A DNA stretch of 32,000 nt from Halomicronema hongdechloris C2206 (GCF_002075285.3 NZ_CP021983.2:1260001-1292000), one strand, 5' to 3'; shown: positions 18,618 to 26,204, numbered from the stretch's first letter. Translations and numbers: made by a program. Notes: a model not told the origin generated them from the sequence alone.

Positions 18618-19812
18618 CTCTTATATGCTTCAGTAGCTGATCTACTCGTCTTCTCTGATCAGCGGGGACATTCATGGGGGCCCCGCCCAACTCCCTGCGC
18701 GATTCATTCAGGGCAGCAATGCGGGCGGCGACAAGCTGCTCAGGTGTGGGCGCGTGCGTTGGCAAGTGTTTGATCAGGCGACTCCCGGCATCCGGAGACT
18801 GATTCCAAATATCCAGGGCAGCTGCGATCGCAGGCTTAGACAGTGGCTGCCCCCATTTTTCTAGAGCCCGCTTCTGAAGGTCCCGTTCAGCCTGTTGTAG
18901 TCGCGCTAGTTGTTTCTGGTCGGCTTCCTCTGGAGTGCTGGCCCCGTGTTGATACGAAAAACTGCCCATGTTACGGGCACCATTGCCGGGGTCCCTGTGG
19001 CCGTAGTAGGCGCTTGTGGGGTCACAGTTGTCATCTCTGGTTCCCTCTGCTGCACCGATGGCACAGGTTTTCTCAGTGTTACTGAGTTCACTAAAGGGAG
19101 CTACCGGCTTGCTGCCGGTTAGCGCCCAGATCAGTGGTCCATTGGCAGGGTGATAATGCGCTCCGGATGCATCCCGCTCACGCCAGTCTAGATGGGGGCC
19201 AGTACCGTTCCCGGTCGCCCCGGTTTTGGCAATGATTTGCCCGCCACGGTGCCAACCGTCGGCGCAGCGGGAGAGGTGTAGAGCCTGGAATTTGCGGGCT
19301 GGCAGCGACTCGCTCTCGATATCAGCTACCAATCCTCCGCCATTGCCATCACGCCAGCATCGCACTCTGACCCGTTTGTCTTTATCCGCTGGAGCGTAGA
19401 TGGTGGTGCCGCTAGGGGTAGCGAGATCTACGCCACGGTGCTGATTGCTGCAGCCCTCACACGGTGCCTTGCGTGGCCCATAGCCACTGGTGACGGGATG
19501 CCCAGCAATCTTCTCCCCCGCCTGAATGGGCTCACCGAAATCAGGCGCGATCGCGTCACCCACCGCGTCAGCTGATTCGGTGACCCGGGTCACCATATTG
19601 AGCCCCTGGGCGATTCTGTCATTGAGGGAGGGGACCAGCACCGGAGCCAGCAGCAGGGATGATAGGCCTACACAGATAGCCGTGATAGACCAGTCCCTTC
19701 TTTGCCATTGATTAACCAAGCTCCACTGCAGATCGGGCGATAGTTCCTCAAAGGTTGGTCTAATTGGTCTAACGGGTGAGCCTTGCATCCTGCACCTCCC
19801 CGTCGTCGGCAT
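18604..19812 (-). CDS. bifunctional cell-wall hydrolase: M23 peptidase domain + lambda-lysozyme-like (lytic transglycosylase/GH104-like) domain
   Basis: N-terminal TM. M23 motifs HRGVDL (HxxxD) and GATGNGTGPHLDW. C-terminal IGAAEGT...GSFSYQ...LDIWNQSPDAG parallels phage lambda R (LAWSEGT...GAGRYQ...SNIWASLPGAG). Confidence 0.7.
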   Translation of the reverse strand: MPTTGRCRMQGSPVRPIRPTFEELSPDLQWSLVNQWQRRDWSITAICVGLSSLLLAPVLVPSLNDRIAQGLNMVTRVTESADAVGDAIAPDFGEPIQAGEKIAGHPVTSGYGPRKAPCEGCSNQHRGVDLATPSGTTIYAPADKDKRVRVRCWRDGNGGGLVADIESESLPARKFQALHLSRCADGWHRGGQIIAKTGATGNGTGPHLDWRERDASGAHYHPANGPLIWALTGSKPVAPFSELSNTEKTCAIGAAEGTRDDNCDPTSAYYGHRDPGNGARNMGSFSYQHGASTPEEADQKQLARLQQAERDLQKRALEKWGQPLSKPAIAAALDIWNQSPDAGSRLIKHLPTHAPTPEQLVAARIAALNESRRELGGAPMNVPADQRRRVDQLLKHIRDDDR

Positions 19813-20185
19813 AAATTACATCAATGCTCAGGCCTGATTCGGTGAGCCAACGGTAGGTGTCGTTGGCCAGCTGGCAGGTGGGAGGCCCTAACCATTGCAC
19901 GGCGATCTGTTCAGTCTCGCCGGTGAGGGCTCCCCGTAATTGCTCCTGGGTATTGCCAACGGTATTCTCGCTGAGCACTTGCTGGCAGGCCTCGAGTCGC
20001 GGATCATCCTCACCAGGGGGCTGTAGTTCCCGCCAACCCCGATCGAGTTTGGCGATCTGTGCCTTGGCCAGCCAGACAGGATTGATAAACCGTCCCCATC
20101 CTGGGGCGGCCATATCGGCTATCAGGATGAGGAGTGCTGCCGGCACAGATGAGATCGCAATGTTTCTGGCTTTGGCTCGGTTCAT
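19769..20185 (-). CDS. membrane-anchored hypothetical protein
   Basis: N-terminal TM (IAISSVPAALLILIADMAA). Its ATG overlaps the upstream stop (ATGA). Confidence 0.5.
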   Translation of the reverse strand: MNRAKARNIAISSVPAALLILIADMAAPGWGRFINPVWLAKAQIAKLDRGWRELQPPGEDDPRLEACQQVLSENTVGNTQEQLRGALTGETEQIAVQWLGPPTCQLANDTYRWLTESGLSIDVIYADDGEVQDARLTR

Positions 20186-20706
20186 TGGTCTACTGGGACG
20201 GCGCGGATCACTGGTCGGGATTCGACCGGGGTTCCCATTTCCTCAGTGCCCAGCATTACGTCATGAATTCCACCGGCTGCTGCCCGAGTAGGGGGAGCCA
20301 CAATCGCGGCCAGGTTACAGCCACTAACGACGGGGTTCCAAATATCGCCTCGACATTGCAGCACATCACCCCGCATTAGATTGAGTCCTCCAGATGCTCC
20401 GGCTAGGCCCAGCCAGACCGATGCACCGGTGACAGCCATGGTCTGTAGTGGGCGATGCCTGAGGCACGATAACCAGGCTCTGATAGCCATCAGAGAGCCC
20501 ATGTCGTCAGTGGCGGTATCAATAAAAAACAGCGGTTTCCGCTTATTTGTCGCATCAAAATACCCGCCATCTGCGATATTGCTTCTAGGAGCATTGCGAC
20601 GCCTTCCAATACCACCGCCACTCTGGTAGGGCGCTAGGCCACCACCGGTGCCGCCAACTGTGCTGAATTCTACGTCGATAACATCGTTATTTTTCGGACC
20701 AACCAT
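20182..20706 (-). CDS. hypothetical Gly-rich protein
   Basis: 174-aa ORF overlapping both neighbours. No domain recognised. Confidence 0.45.
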   Translation of the reverse strand: MVGPKNNDVIDVEFSTVGGTGGGLAPYQSGGGIGRRRNAPRSNIADGGYFDATNKRKPLFFIDTATDDMGSLMAIRAWLSCLRHRPLQTMAVTGASVWLGLAGASGGLNLMRGDVLQCRGDIWNPVVSGCNLAAIVAPPTRAAAGGIHDVMLGTEEMGTPVESRPVIRAVPVDQ

Positions 20707-22000
20707 TGTCTTGAGCCTCCAAGATATCGATCATGGTTTTGTATTGGTCTAGAGCGTCTTTGTAGGCCTGAGACCCCCCTTTCTTAACGCCCCATAGGGC
20801 GAGTAGGATTTGAGCCTGGTTGAGGCCCATCTCACGGCAGTCTCTGACCCGGTTCAGAATCTCAGGGGTAGAAAAAGGGGGGTCTGAACCGCCTGAACCG
20901 AACCGGTTCAGACCTGAACCCTGACTCGTGTATCCCTTGCCATATAGTCGGTTCAGCGTTTGAACCATATCTGAACCTCGGTTCAGATCCTGAACCGTCC
21001 CCCCCACTGTCACACTTGGAACCTTGTAGCTCAGTAGGGGCATCCACTCCCCTAGATCTGAGTGATAAAAGATGGCTTTTTTAGGGCTGAGAGATTGCTG
21101 AAATACCAAAGCATCCGGTTTCGTTTCGATGCTGCGATACGACTTCATCAAACTATGCAGATGCTCAGTCGATTCCGGTGTCTCAATCGCCAAAAGTCGA
21201 AGCGGGGCGCGGTTGCCACCAGTAAGGCCTAAATCAGCTACAAGTGGCGATTGGGTAATCATCCATAGGTGCCGGTCATCGGTCTCGCCGCTGCTCATTT
21301 CTACCTTGATGGTGGGGATGAGGAAATCCCGATACCACTTTGGCTGCATGGCATCTAATTTGATGCCCTCATCGATGACCAGTACAGTGGGTCTCGTCGG
21401 TTGCCGTCGCCATTCATGGATGAAGTCGGTCAGCTGCTGGGCGATAGTTTCGTCATTGGGCGCGTGGTCTTCCAGCATTACCGGCAAAATGCGATCACAT
21501 CCATCCCAGTAGCCCATCTCATTCTTGTGTGGCTTCGGCTGAATTACCCAGATCGTTGCCTCGGGGCGGATTTGCTTCACATAGCGCCAGGCCTGAGCAA
21601 TGACGACGCCTTTACCGGTGCGAGGATTGCCGGTGATCAGTGTCGGGTGTAGGTTATTGGCCAACACTCCGGCCACGTCGATATACCGTTTCGGTGGCTC
21701 CACACCGGGCGGTGCCTCGATGGTTTGCCCTGATGGTTGTGCCTGGCTATCGTCAGCAATGGTCACCGGCTTGGGCTGTTGGTCCATCAGCCACCAGCCC
21801 AGGAAACCTAAGGCAGTCAACCCTAGGGCTACCGCAGGAAGGCGGCCAGGGCGCTGATACTGCACCTCTACCGCCTGACCATTGGCAAAGGCGGCCAGGT
21901 CGTCAGCCGTCAGTGTGGATAGCTGTGGCGCTGTAGTAGCAATCCCTAGGGACGCCACCCCGCAGCCTGCAGCAGTTGCCAGGCGATAGATCGGCTTCAT
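20687..22000 (-). CDS. membrane-anchored P-loop NTPase with C-terminal HTH-like domain
   Basis: Two N-terminal hydrophobic segments. Walker A-like ITGNPRTGKGV. Walker B-like PTVLVIDEG. G/S-rich linker. C-terminal helical GLNQAQILLALWGVKKGGSQAYKDALDQY. Architecture, not demonstrable homology, resembles FtsK/TraB. Confidence 0.6.
   Translation of the reverse strand: MKPIYRLATAAGCGVASLGIATTAPQLSTLTADDLAAFANGQAVEVQYQRPGRLPAVALGLTALGFLGWWLMDQQPKPVTIADDSQAQPSGQTIEAPPGVEPPKRYIDVAGVLANNLHPTLITGNPRTGKGVVIAQAWRYVKQIRPEATIWVIQPKPHKNEMGYWDGCDRILPVMLEDHAPNDETIAQQLTDFIHEWRRQPTRPTVLVIDEGIKLDAMQPKWYRDFLIPTIKVEMSSGETDDRHLWMITQSPLVADLGLTGGNRAPLRLLAIETPESTEHLHSLMKSYRSIETKPDALVFQQSLSPKKAIFYHSDLGEWMPLLSYKVPSVTVGGTVQDLNRGSDMVQTLNRLYGKGYTSQGSGLNRFGSGGSDPPFSTPEILNRVRDCREMGLNQAQILLALWGVKKGGSQAYKDALDQYKTMIDILEAQDNGWSEK
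20884..20996. repeat. cluster of ~10 GGTTCAG/CTGAACC 7-mers inside the ATPase coding sequence
   Basis: ggTCTGAACCgcCTGAACCGAACCGGTTCAGacCTGAACC...cGGTTCAGcgtTTGAACCatatCTGAACCtcGGTTCAGatcCTGAACC. Includes the palindrome GAACCGGTTC. Confidence 0.8.
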
Positions 22001-22644
22001 GGTTGCTCTCTAACCTCCCATGCCTTGGATTCAGCCTCAGCACTCCGTAGGCGCTGACGGCTTTCGACTAGGTTCTGAATGGCTAGCTGGCTGAGGTTGG
22101 CTTCAGGCTCAACCGGGGCAACTGATTGTCGGGCCAGCTCGATGGCCTGAACCCGACTGACAGCGCCTAGCATCTGCTGCCAATCGCGATCCGCTTTGGC
22201 CCGCTCGATGGATGCGATCGCATCTCTAGCAAACTGGTCTAGGGCGCAATGAACCGATTGACTGAAGCAGGACGCTTCCGGGTCTGTGGCCTGGCGTTCG
22301 GCCTCTAGCAAATAGCGCCTAGCTTCCTGGCTGAGTAGCTGTTCCCTAAAAGCCTGCAGCTGCTCTGAGGATTGATAGATCAGCTCTTCAGTGCTGCTCT
22401 CAGCCCCGGCCACAATCGCATCTTTATCCAGCTCCATCGATGGTTCTGGCTGGTAGGTCTGGCCACCGGTGCCGGTGAATAGGGCAATACCTAGCCCCAG
22501 GACAGCTATGCTGCCGATGCCACCGGCAATTAAGACATCCTGACGCTGCCACCATTTAGGGGCTGGCTGGTCGATGCGGACAATCTCACGGCGAAACTCA
22601 GGCGGCACGGTGAATGGGGTTTCACGAGTGTCTTTCTCTTTCAT
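21997..22644 (-). CDS. single-pass membrane coiled-coil protein
   Basis: TM helix (VLIAGGIGSIAVLGLGIALF) followed by a helical charged region. ATGA overlap with the downstream ATPase gene. Confidence 0.5.
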   Translation of the reverse strand: MKEKDTRETPFTVPPEFRREIVRIDQPAPKWWQRQDVLIAGGIGSIAVLGLGIALFTGTGGQTYQPEPSMELDKDAIVAGAESSTEELIYQSSEQLQAFREQLLSQEARRYLLEAERQATDPEASCFSQSVHCALDQFARDAIASIERAKADRDWQQMLGAVSRVQAIELARQSVAPVEPEANLSQLAIQNLVESRQRLRSAEAESKAWEVREQP

Positions 22645-22647
22645 GGC

Positions 22648-22965
22648 TTAGCCCCCCGTAGGCATCAATGAGGCGATTCCCTCAATCAACCGCACGGCAT
22701 CGCTAGCCCCGTTTAGCTCTGAGTCCAGCTGGGCCAGCAGTTGCAGCAATCGAGGGTGAGAGGTAAATGAATAGCCATTGTTCTCGGCAATGACGTGTAG
22801 GTACTCGCTATGGCCGTCCATGGTGACCATGTAGGCAGCCTCGGCCAGGATGGCAATTAGGGCAAGGCGCTCGGGCGTCGGCATCTTCTGCAGCTTCGAC
22901 CCATATAGGGTCTCTAGCTGGGCCACAGCATTGCTATGAAAGAAGCTGGTCAAACACTGCATCAT
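22648..22965 (-). CDS. hypothetical protein (105 aa)
   Basis: ATG ORF 3 nt from both neighbours. No domain recognised. Confidence 0.45.
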   Translation of the reverse strand: MMQCLTSFFHSNAVAQLETLYGSKLQKMPTPERLALIAILAEAAYMVTMDGHSEYLHVIAENNGYSFTSHPRLLQLLAQLDSELNGASDAVRLIEGIASLMPTGG

Positions 22966-22968
22966 GGC

Positions 22969-23268
22969 TTAGCCCTCCACAGCAGATACGTGACCAGAGC
23001 CACCACAGCGGCCACAGGACAGCCGCTTCAGGTAGTGCCCGCTGCACTGAGGGCACAGCGGATTAGCTCGGCCATAGGCGGCAAGCGCGGTCTCTAGGTT
23101 GGCCAACATATCAACAGCCTGAACTAGGGCGGCATCCCGACTGAGCTCTGGGCTATTGCCCTGAATGCGGGCAGCGAATTCTCGGATATCGTGGGCAGTT
23201 AGCATTGGAAAAGCTCCTATCTGATGGGCTAGACGGGGGAGTTGGCTTGGCGGCGGCTCCCCCGCCAT
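22969..23268 (-). CDS. small zinc-ribbon protein
   Basis: C-terminal CPQCSGHYLKRLSCGRCGGSGH (CxxC...CxxC). The likely start is MLTAHD at 23205, which has AGGAG 8 nt upstream. Confidence 0.5.
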   Translation of the reverse strand: MAGEPPPSQLPRLAHQIGAFPMLTAHDIREFAARIQGNSPELSRDAALVQAVDMLANLETALAAYGRANPLCPQCSGHYLKRLSCGRCGGSGHVSAVEG

Positions 23269-23280
23269 CGAGGATGGTCT

Positions 23281-23499
23281 CTAGCGGTGAAGGCTCTCGA
23301 CAAGCGCGATTCGGTCGTCGATCACCGGGTGGTAGCTGGGCAACGTTTGGGGCTTCAGCGTTGCCCAGGCCCGCTTCAATGCGGCCCATTCGCTGGGGCT
23401 TGGAGCAGGTGCCCCAAACTCAGTCAAGTCTTCCAGGCGGCGGCGAATTTCGATCAGTTGCATAATGATTTCAGTCCTTTCCTTGAGTGGTTTGGGCAA
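23281..23499 (-). CDS. hypothetical small protein
   Basis: The ORF-track start is TTG. The likely ATG start is 23463 (MQLIEIRRRLEDL...). No domain recognised. Confidence 0.4.
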   Translation of the reverse strand: MPKPLKERTEIIMQLIEIRRRLEDLTEFGAPAPSPSEWAALKRAWATLKPQTLPSYHPVIDDRIALVESLHR

Positions 23500-23541
23500 T
23501 GGGGGGAGTGAAGCTGTCCAGGCGGCTCCCCCGTCATCGGC

Positions 23542-23685
23542 TTATTCGTAGCAGTATTCTTTTGCGCTGACGTAGGCCGTAATATCGCGGGAATCGTGGA
23601 TCTCGAGCAGGGCATCGAGGATAGTTTCCAGGTCGTACTCCGAACAGATTTCGCGTAACAGCTGTTTCTGGCAGTCAATGGTCAT
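23542..23685 (-). CDS. micro-ORF (47 aa, acidic), below ORF-track cutoff
   Basis: Hand translation: MTIDCQKQLLREICSEYDLETILDALLEIHDSRDITAYVSAKEYCYE*. AGGAG lies 7 nt upstream. It is preferred over the overlapping 23454..23678 track ORF, whose sequence looks non-protein-like. Confidence 0.45.
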   Translation of the reverse strand: MTIDCQKQLLREICSEYDLETILDALLEIHDSRDITAYVSAKEYCYE

Positions 23686-23716
23686 CGTCGGGTCTCCTGA
23701 GTAGGACAGTAGGACG

Positions 23717-23947
23717 TTAGAGCGTTACGTCGGCCCAGTCTCCCGATAGGGCAACCCCATCAGAGTCGGGCATTGACGCGGTCGGCGCTGGGGGCGTAGG
23801 TGCGTTCCCGGCAGGGGCACCACAGATGTAGTCCTGAGCGATGAGTGTCTGCATGTAGACGTCGACAGGAACCCCAGCAGCTGCAGCCCGTTCGGCAATC
23901 AATTGGGCATATTCGGCAGACAAGTAGAAGCGTTGTTTCATCTCCAT
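23717..23947 (-). CDS. small RHH-like protein (ParR/ParG-like adaptor candidate)
   Basis: KQRFYLSAEYAQLIAERAAAAGVPVDVYMQTLIAQ fits strand-helix-helix. Lies 12 nt downstream of the actin-like ATPase gene. Confidence 0.5.
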   Translation of the reverse strand: MEMKQRFYLSAEYAQLIAERAAAAGVPVDVYMQTLIAQDYICGAPAGNAPTPPAPTASMPDSDGVALSGDWADVTL

Positions 23948-23959
23948 CTATGAGCCCTC

Positions 23960-25030
23960 CTATAGGCGATAGATGCCTTTCAGCTCCATTTCTTGGGGCT
24001 CCTGGCAGAGGGCCACTCCCAGCTGGTGAGCCACTGAGGCCACCCCTGGCAGCAGTGCGCCACCGCCAGCAATCACCTTCACTGGGCATTTCTGGAAAAT
24101 ATGAGCCCCTTCGACCTTGGCCGCGTGAATGCGGCCCTTGAGCCAAGGCTCGAAACACTGCAGATAGGCATCCCTGAAGCTGTCGCCAGAGTGCCCCCAC
24201 AGCTCAAACGTGCGAGCCTCAACCCCTAGGCGGATTGCTTCAGGACTAGGGCGAGTGCCGGTAGTGTTGGCCAGAGTGGCAATGGATTCGAATAGCTCTG
24301 CCACCCCTCCATTGAGGCTGAGGCTGTCGATCATGGCCCGGCTGCTGGGGTCAAAGCCGCTGATAGTGCTGTTCTGATAGCCCAAATCCAACACGGCAAC
24401 GGGGCGATCGGTTGCGATCGCAACGGCAGTCCCCAGGGACTCAGGCACCGGCTTAACACCAGTCACGTTGATGGTGATGCGGCGGCCAGCATTGACGGCG
24501 ACATCGTGCAGTCCCACCAGAGGCTTTAGCTCACCTGCCATCTGTGGAGTAGGCACAGACGCGGTCAAGGTGACGGTAAAAAGCTCCACATCGTCAGGGG
24601 CGATTTGAGCCAGCATGGCTAGGGCTAGCGGGCCATACCACTTAGGCTTGAGGCCATGGGCTAGCGATTCCAGCGTGGTGGCCGACTCGAGATTCTCGCC
24701 GGCGGCAAACTCACCCGCGTAGGGACTGTTCGTGATTTTTACCCGTAGCTGAGTAGCAGAACCAGCGCCAGTTAGGGGGATTTGGGGTGCTACCAGCGAT
24801 CGCAGCCGGTAGAATTGCCCGCCATCGAACACCTTCGCAAACCCGGCCCCGACCGCGATCGCAACCTTGTTCGCATCCGCCCCAATTGGGGCGGTATCGG
24901 CCGCTTTCGGCAGGACACTAGGGGGAGACAGTTGGGGGTCTGAAGTGGCTGTAAGCATTGTCGTTTCTGGGATAGGAGTGCATCTGGCCGCGAAACTTCT
25001 TTTTCCGGTATCGACCGAAAAGGTTCGCAA
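23960..25030 (-). CDS. actin-like (ASKHA fold) ParM/Alp-type ATPase
   Basis: Phosphate-2-like VAVLDLGYQNSTISG and adenosine-motif-like KVIAGGGALLPG. N-terminal FSVDTGKRS or AIAVGAGFAKV as phosphate-1 candidates. The start is uncertain (TTG 25030 or ATG 24958). Confidence 0.6.
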   Translation of the reverse strand: MRTFSVDTGKRSFAARCTPIPETTMLTATSDPQLSPPSVLPKAADTAPIGADANKVAIAVGAGFAKVFDGGQFYRLRSLVAPQIPLTGAGSATQLRVKITNSPYAGEFAAGENLESATTLESLAHGLKPKWYGPLALAMLAQIAPDDVELFTVTLTASVPTPQMAGELKPLVGLHDVAVNAGRRITINVTGVKPVPESLGTAVAIATDRPVAVLDLGYQNSTISGFDPSSRAMIDSLSLNGGVAELFESIATLANTTGTRPSPEAIRLGVEARTFELWGHSGDSFRDAYLQCFEPWLKGRIHAAKVEGAHIFQKCPVKVIAGGGALLPGVASVAHQLGVALCQEPQEMELKGIYRL

Positions 25031-25074
25031 CCGTTCTCCACCTGTGATAGCATGAGGTCGCTACGGTTCGCAAC
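25022..25074. promoter_or_regulatory. two direct GGTTCGCAAC(C/T)GT repeats 43 bp apart in the divergent control region
   Basis: Copies at 25022-25031 and 25065-25074, between the actin-like ATPase gene (-) and the RHH gene (+). Candidate centromere (parC-like) or operator. Confidence 0.4.
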
Positions 25075-25101
25075 TGTAATGAACGATTTCTAACTGTACA
25101 G

Positions 25102-25323
25102 ATGAGGAATTACCCTATGAATGAAGCGTTGCTAGGCGATGTGCCAACTAAGAAGCCCAAGGTATCAGTGGTGATGGATGAGTCTCTCAAGGCTGCTTTA
25201 GAAAAGTGGGCAGAGAAGGAAAGCCGCACTGTCTCCAACCTTTGCGAGCTGATACTGAAGGGTGCTGCTCGAGACGCTGGATATCTGGACGCTAGTGGCG
25301 ACGACGAGGAAGGAAATGACTGA
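25102..25323 (+). CDS. ribbon-helix-helix (CopG-family) protein
   Basis: KVSVVMDESLKAALEKWAEKESRTVSNLCELILKGA is a textbook RHH. Acidic tail. Confidence 0.75.
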   Translation: MRNYPMNEALLGDVPTKKPKVSVVMDESLKAALEKWAEKESRTVSNLCELILKGAARDAGYLDASGDDEEGND

Positions 25324-25525
25324 CCCTAGAGCGCGCACCACAAGCCATTGGGCCGTCAGCGAGGAATGCTGCAAGCAGATGGCCAGAAAATATGGTTGGA
25401 CCTTGCGAGAGGCGAGGCGACGACTGGAGGCCAATGATCCATTAACTTGGGAGTGCATCTATTCTGGTGATGCCGAATTTCCTAAAAGCGCCATGGACTA
25501 TTCAGGAGGGGCAGACGATGACTAG
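25316..25525 (+). CDS. hypothetical small protein (69 aa)
   Basis: ATG at 25316 overlaps the RHH stop (MTDPRARTTSHWAVSEECCKQMARKYGW...). The track ORF 25262..25525 has the same frame with an upstream alternative start. Confidence 0.45.
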   Translation: MTDPRARTTSHWAVSEECCKQMARKYGWTLREARRRLEANDPLTWECIYSGDAEFPKSAMDYSGGADDD

Positions 25526-25961
25526 GCAAATCCTTTTCTATCCTGAAGCTGGGTACAGCAGTTTGCCTGACTGGCAATATGGCCATCATGCTGGCGATTC
25601 GGAAAGCGTTACTACCCTGCTGCGTGAATACTATGACGGCGCTGGGAATGAGCCCATCAGCGTAGGACACCGGCCCTTCGACTTCAAACGTGATAACGAC
25701 GCGGCAACATTCGATCATCGTGGTGGCGTTACCCACCGACGGCTATCGCCCTGGCGCGTAACCAAGGTGGATGAGTATGTCGGCAATACCGGGCAAGAGG
25801 ATATGGACGGCATCGTGGTGGCCTACTGCACCTACGACCCTCTGCCCGAAGAGCAGAACCCTTGGGTTGAAGTCGAGCCCGCGATTGTCTCTGTCGAGTC
25901 CTTCGACGGCGATAGGGCCGCCTACGAGGCCTGGAAGAAAACGCAGGTCGTGACAGCCTGA
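25518..25961 (+). CDS. hypothetical protein (147 aa)
   Basis: ATG at 25518 with AGGAGGGG upstream, overlapping the previous stop. No domain recognised. Confidence 0.5.
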   Translation: MTRQILFYPEAGYSSLPDWQYGHHAGDSESVTTLLREYYDGAGNEPISVGHRPFDFKRDNDAATFDHRGGVTHRRLSPWRVTKVDEYVGNTGQEDMDGIVVAYCTYDPLPEEQNPWVEVEPAIVSVESFDGDRAAYEAWKKTQVVTA

Positions 25962-26102
25962 ATTAACCGACTACTCAGATCTGGGTAGTCTGGAGAGCTC
26001 CCCACCGATGCCGACCAGGGGGAGAGAGTTGGGCTATGCCTTCAGCAAGGAAACGGCTTCCAACTGGGTAAAACCAGGGGCAGCAGAACTTTCAGGCAAT
26101 TC

Positions 26103-26143
26103 GTGACAGGTTTTGCACAGGCTTTGTACAGGGGTGTGCACAG
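26103..26143. promoter_or_regulatory. four helically phased TG(N)ACAG(G) repeats (about 11-bp period)
   Basis: GTGACAGG, TGCACAGG, TGTACAGG and TGCACAG start at about 26103, 26114, 26125 and 26137. Iteron/operator-like, upstream of the RHH-primase module. Confidence 0.45.
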
Positions 26144-26204
26144 TTTTACCACAATGTCGGGAAGCCTTTAATAGATAGCATCTCAGCGCATTTTCCTGGT
26201 TTTG

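Noticed and set aside
23454-24200. Track ORFs 23454..23678 and 23760..24200 (and 23845..24141 on the plus strand).
   Set aside because: They overlap better candidates in other frames: the 47-aa SD-preceded ORF, the RHH gene and the actin-like ATPase. Their translations are low-complexity.
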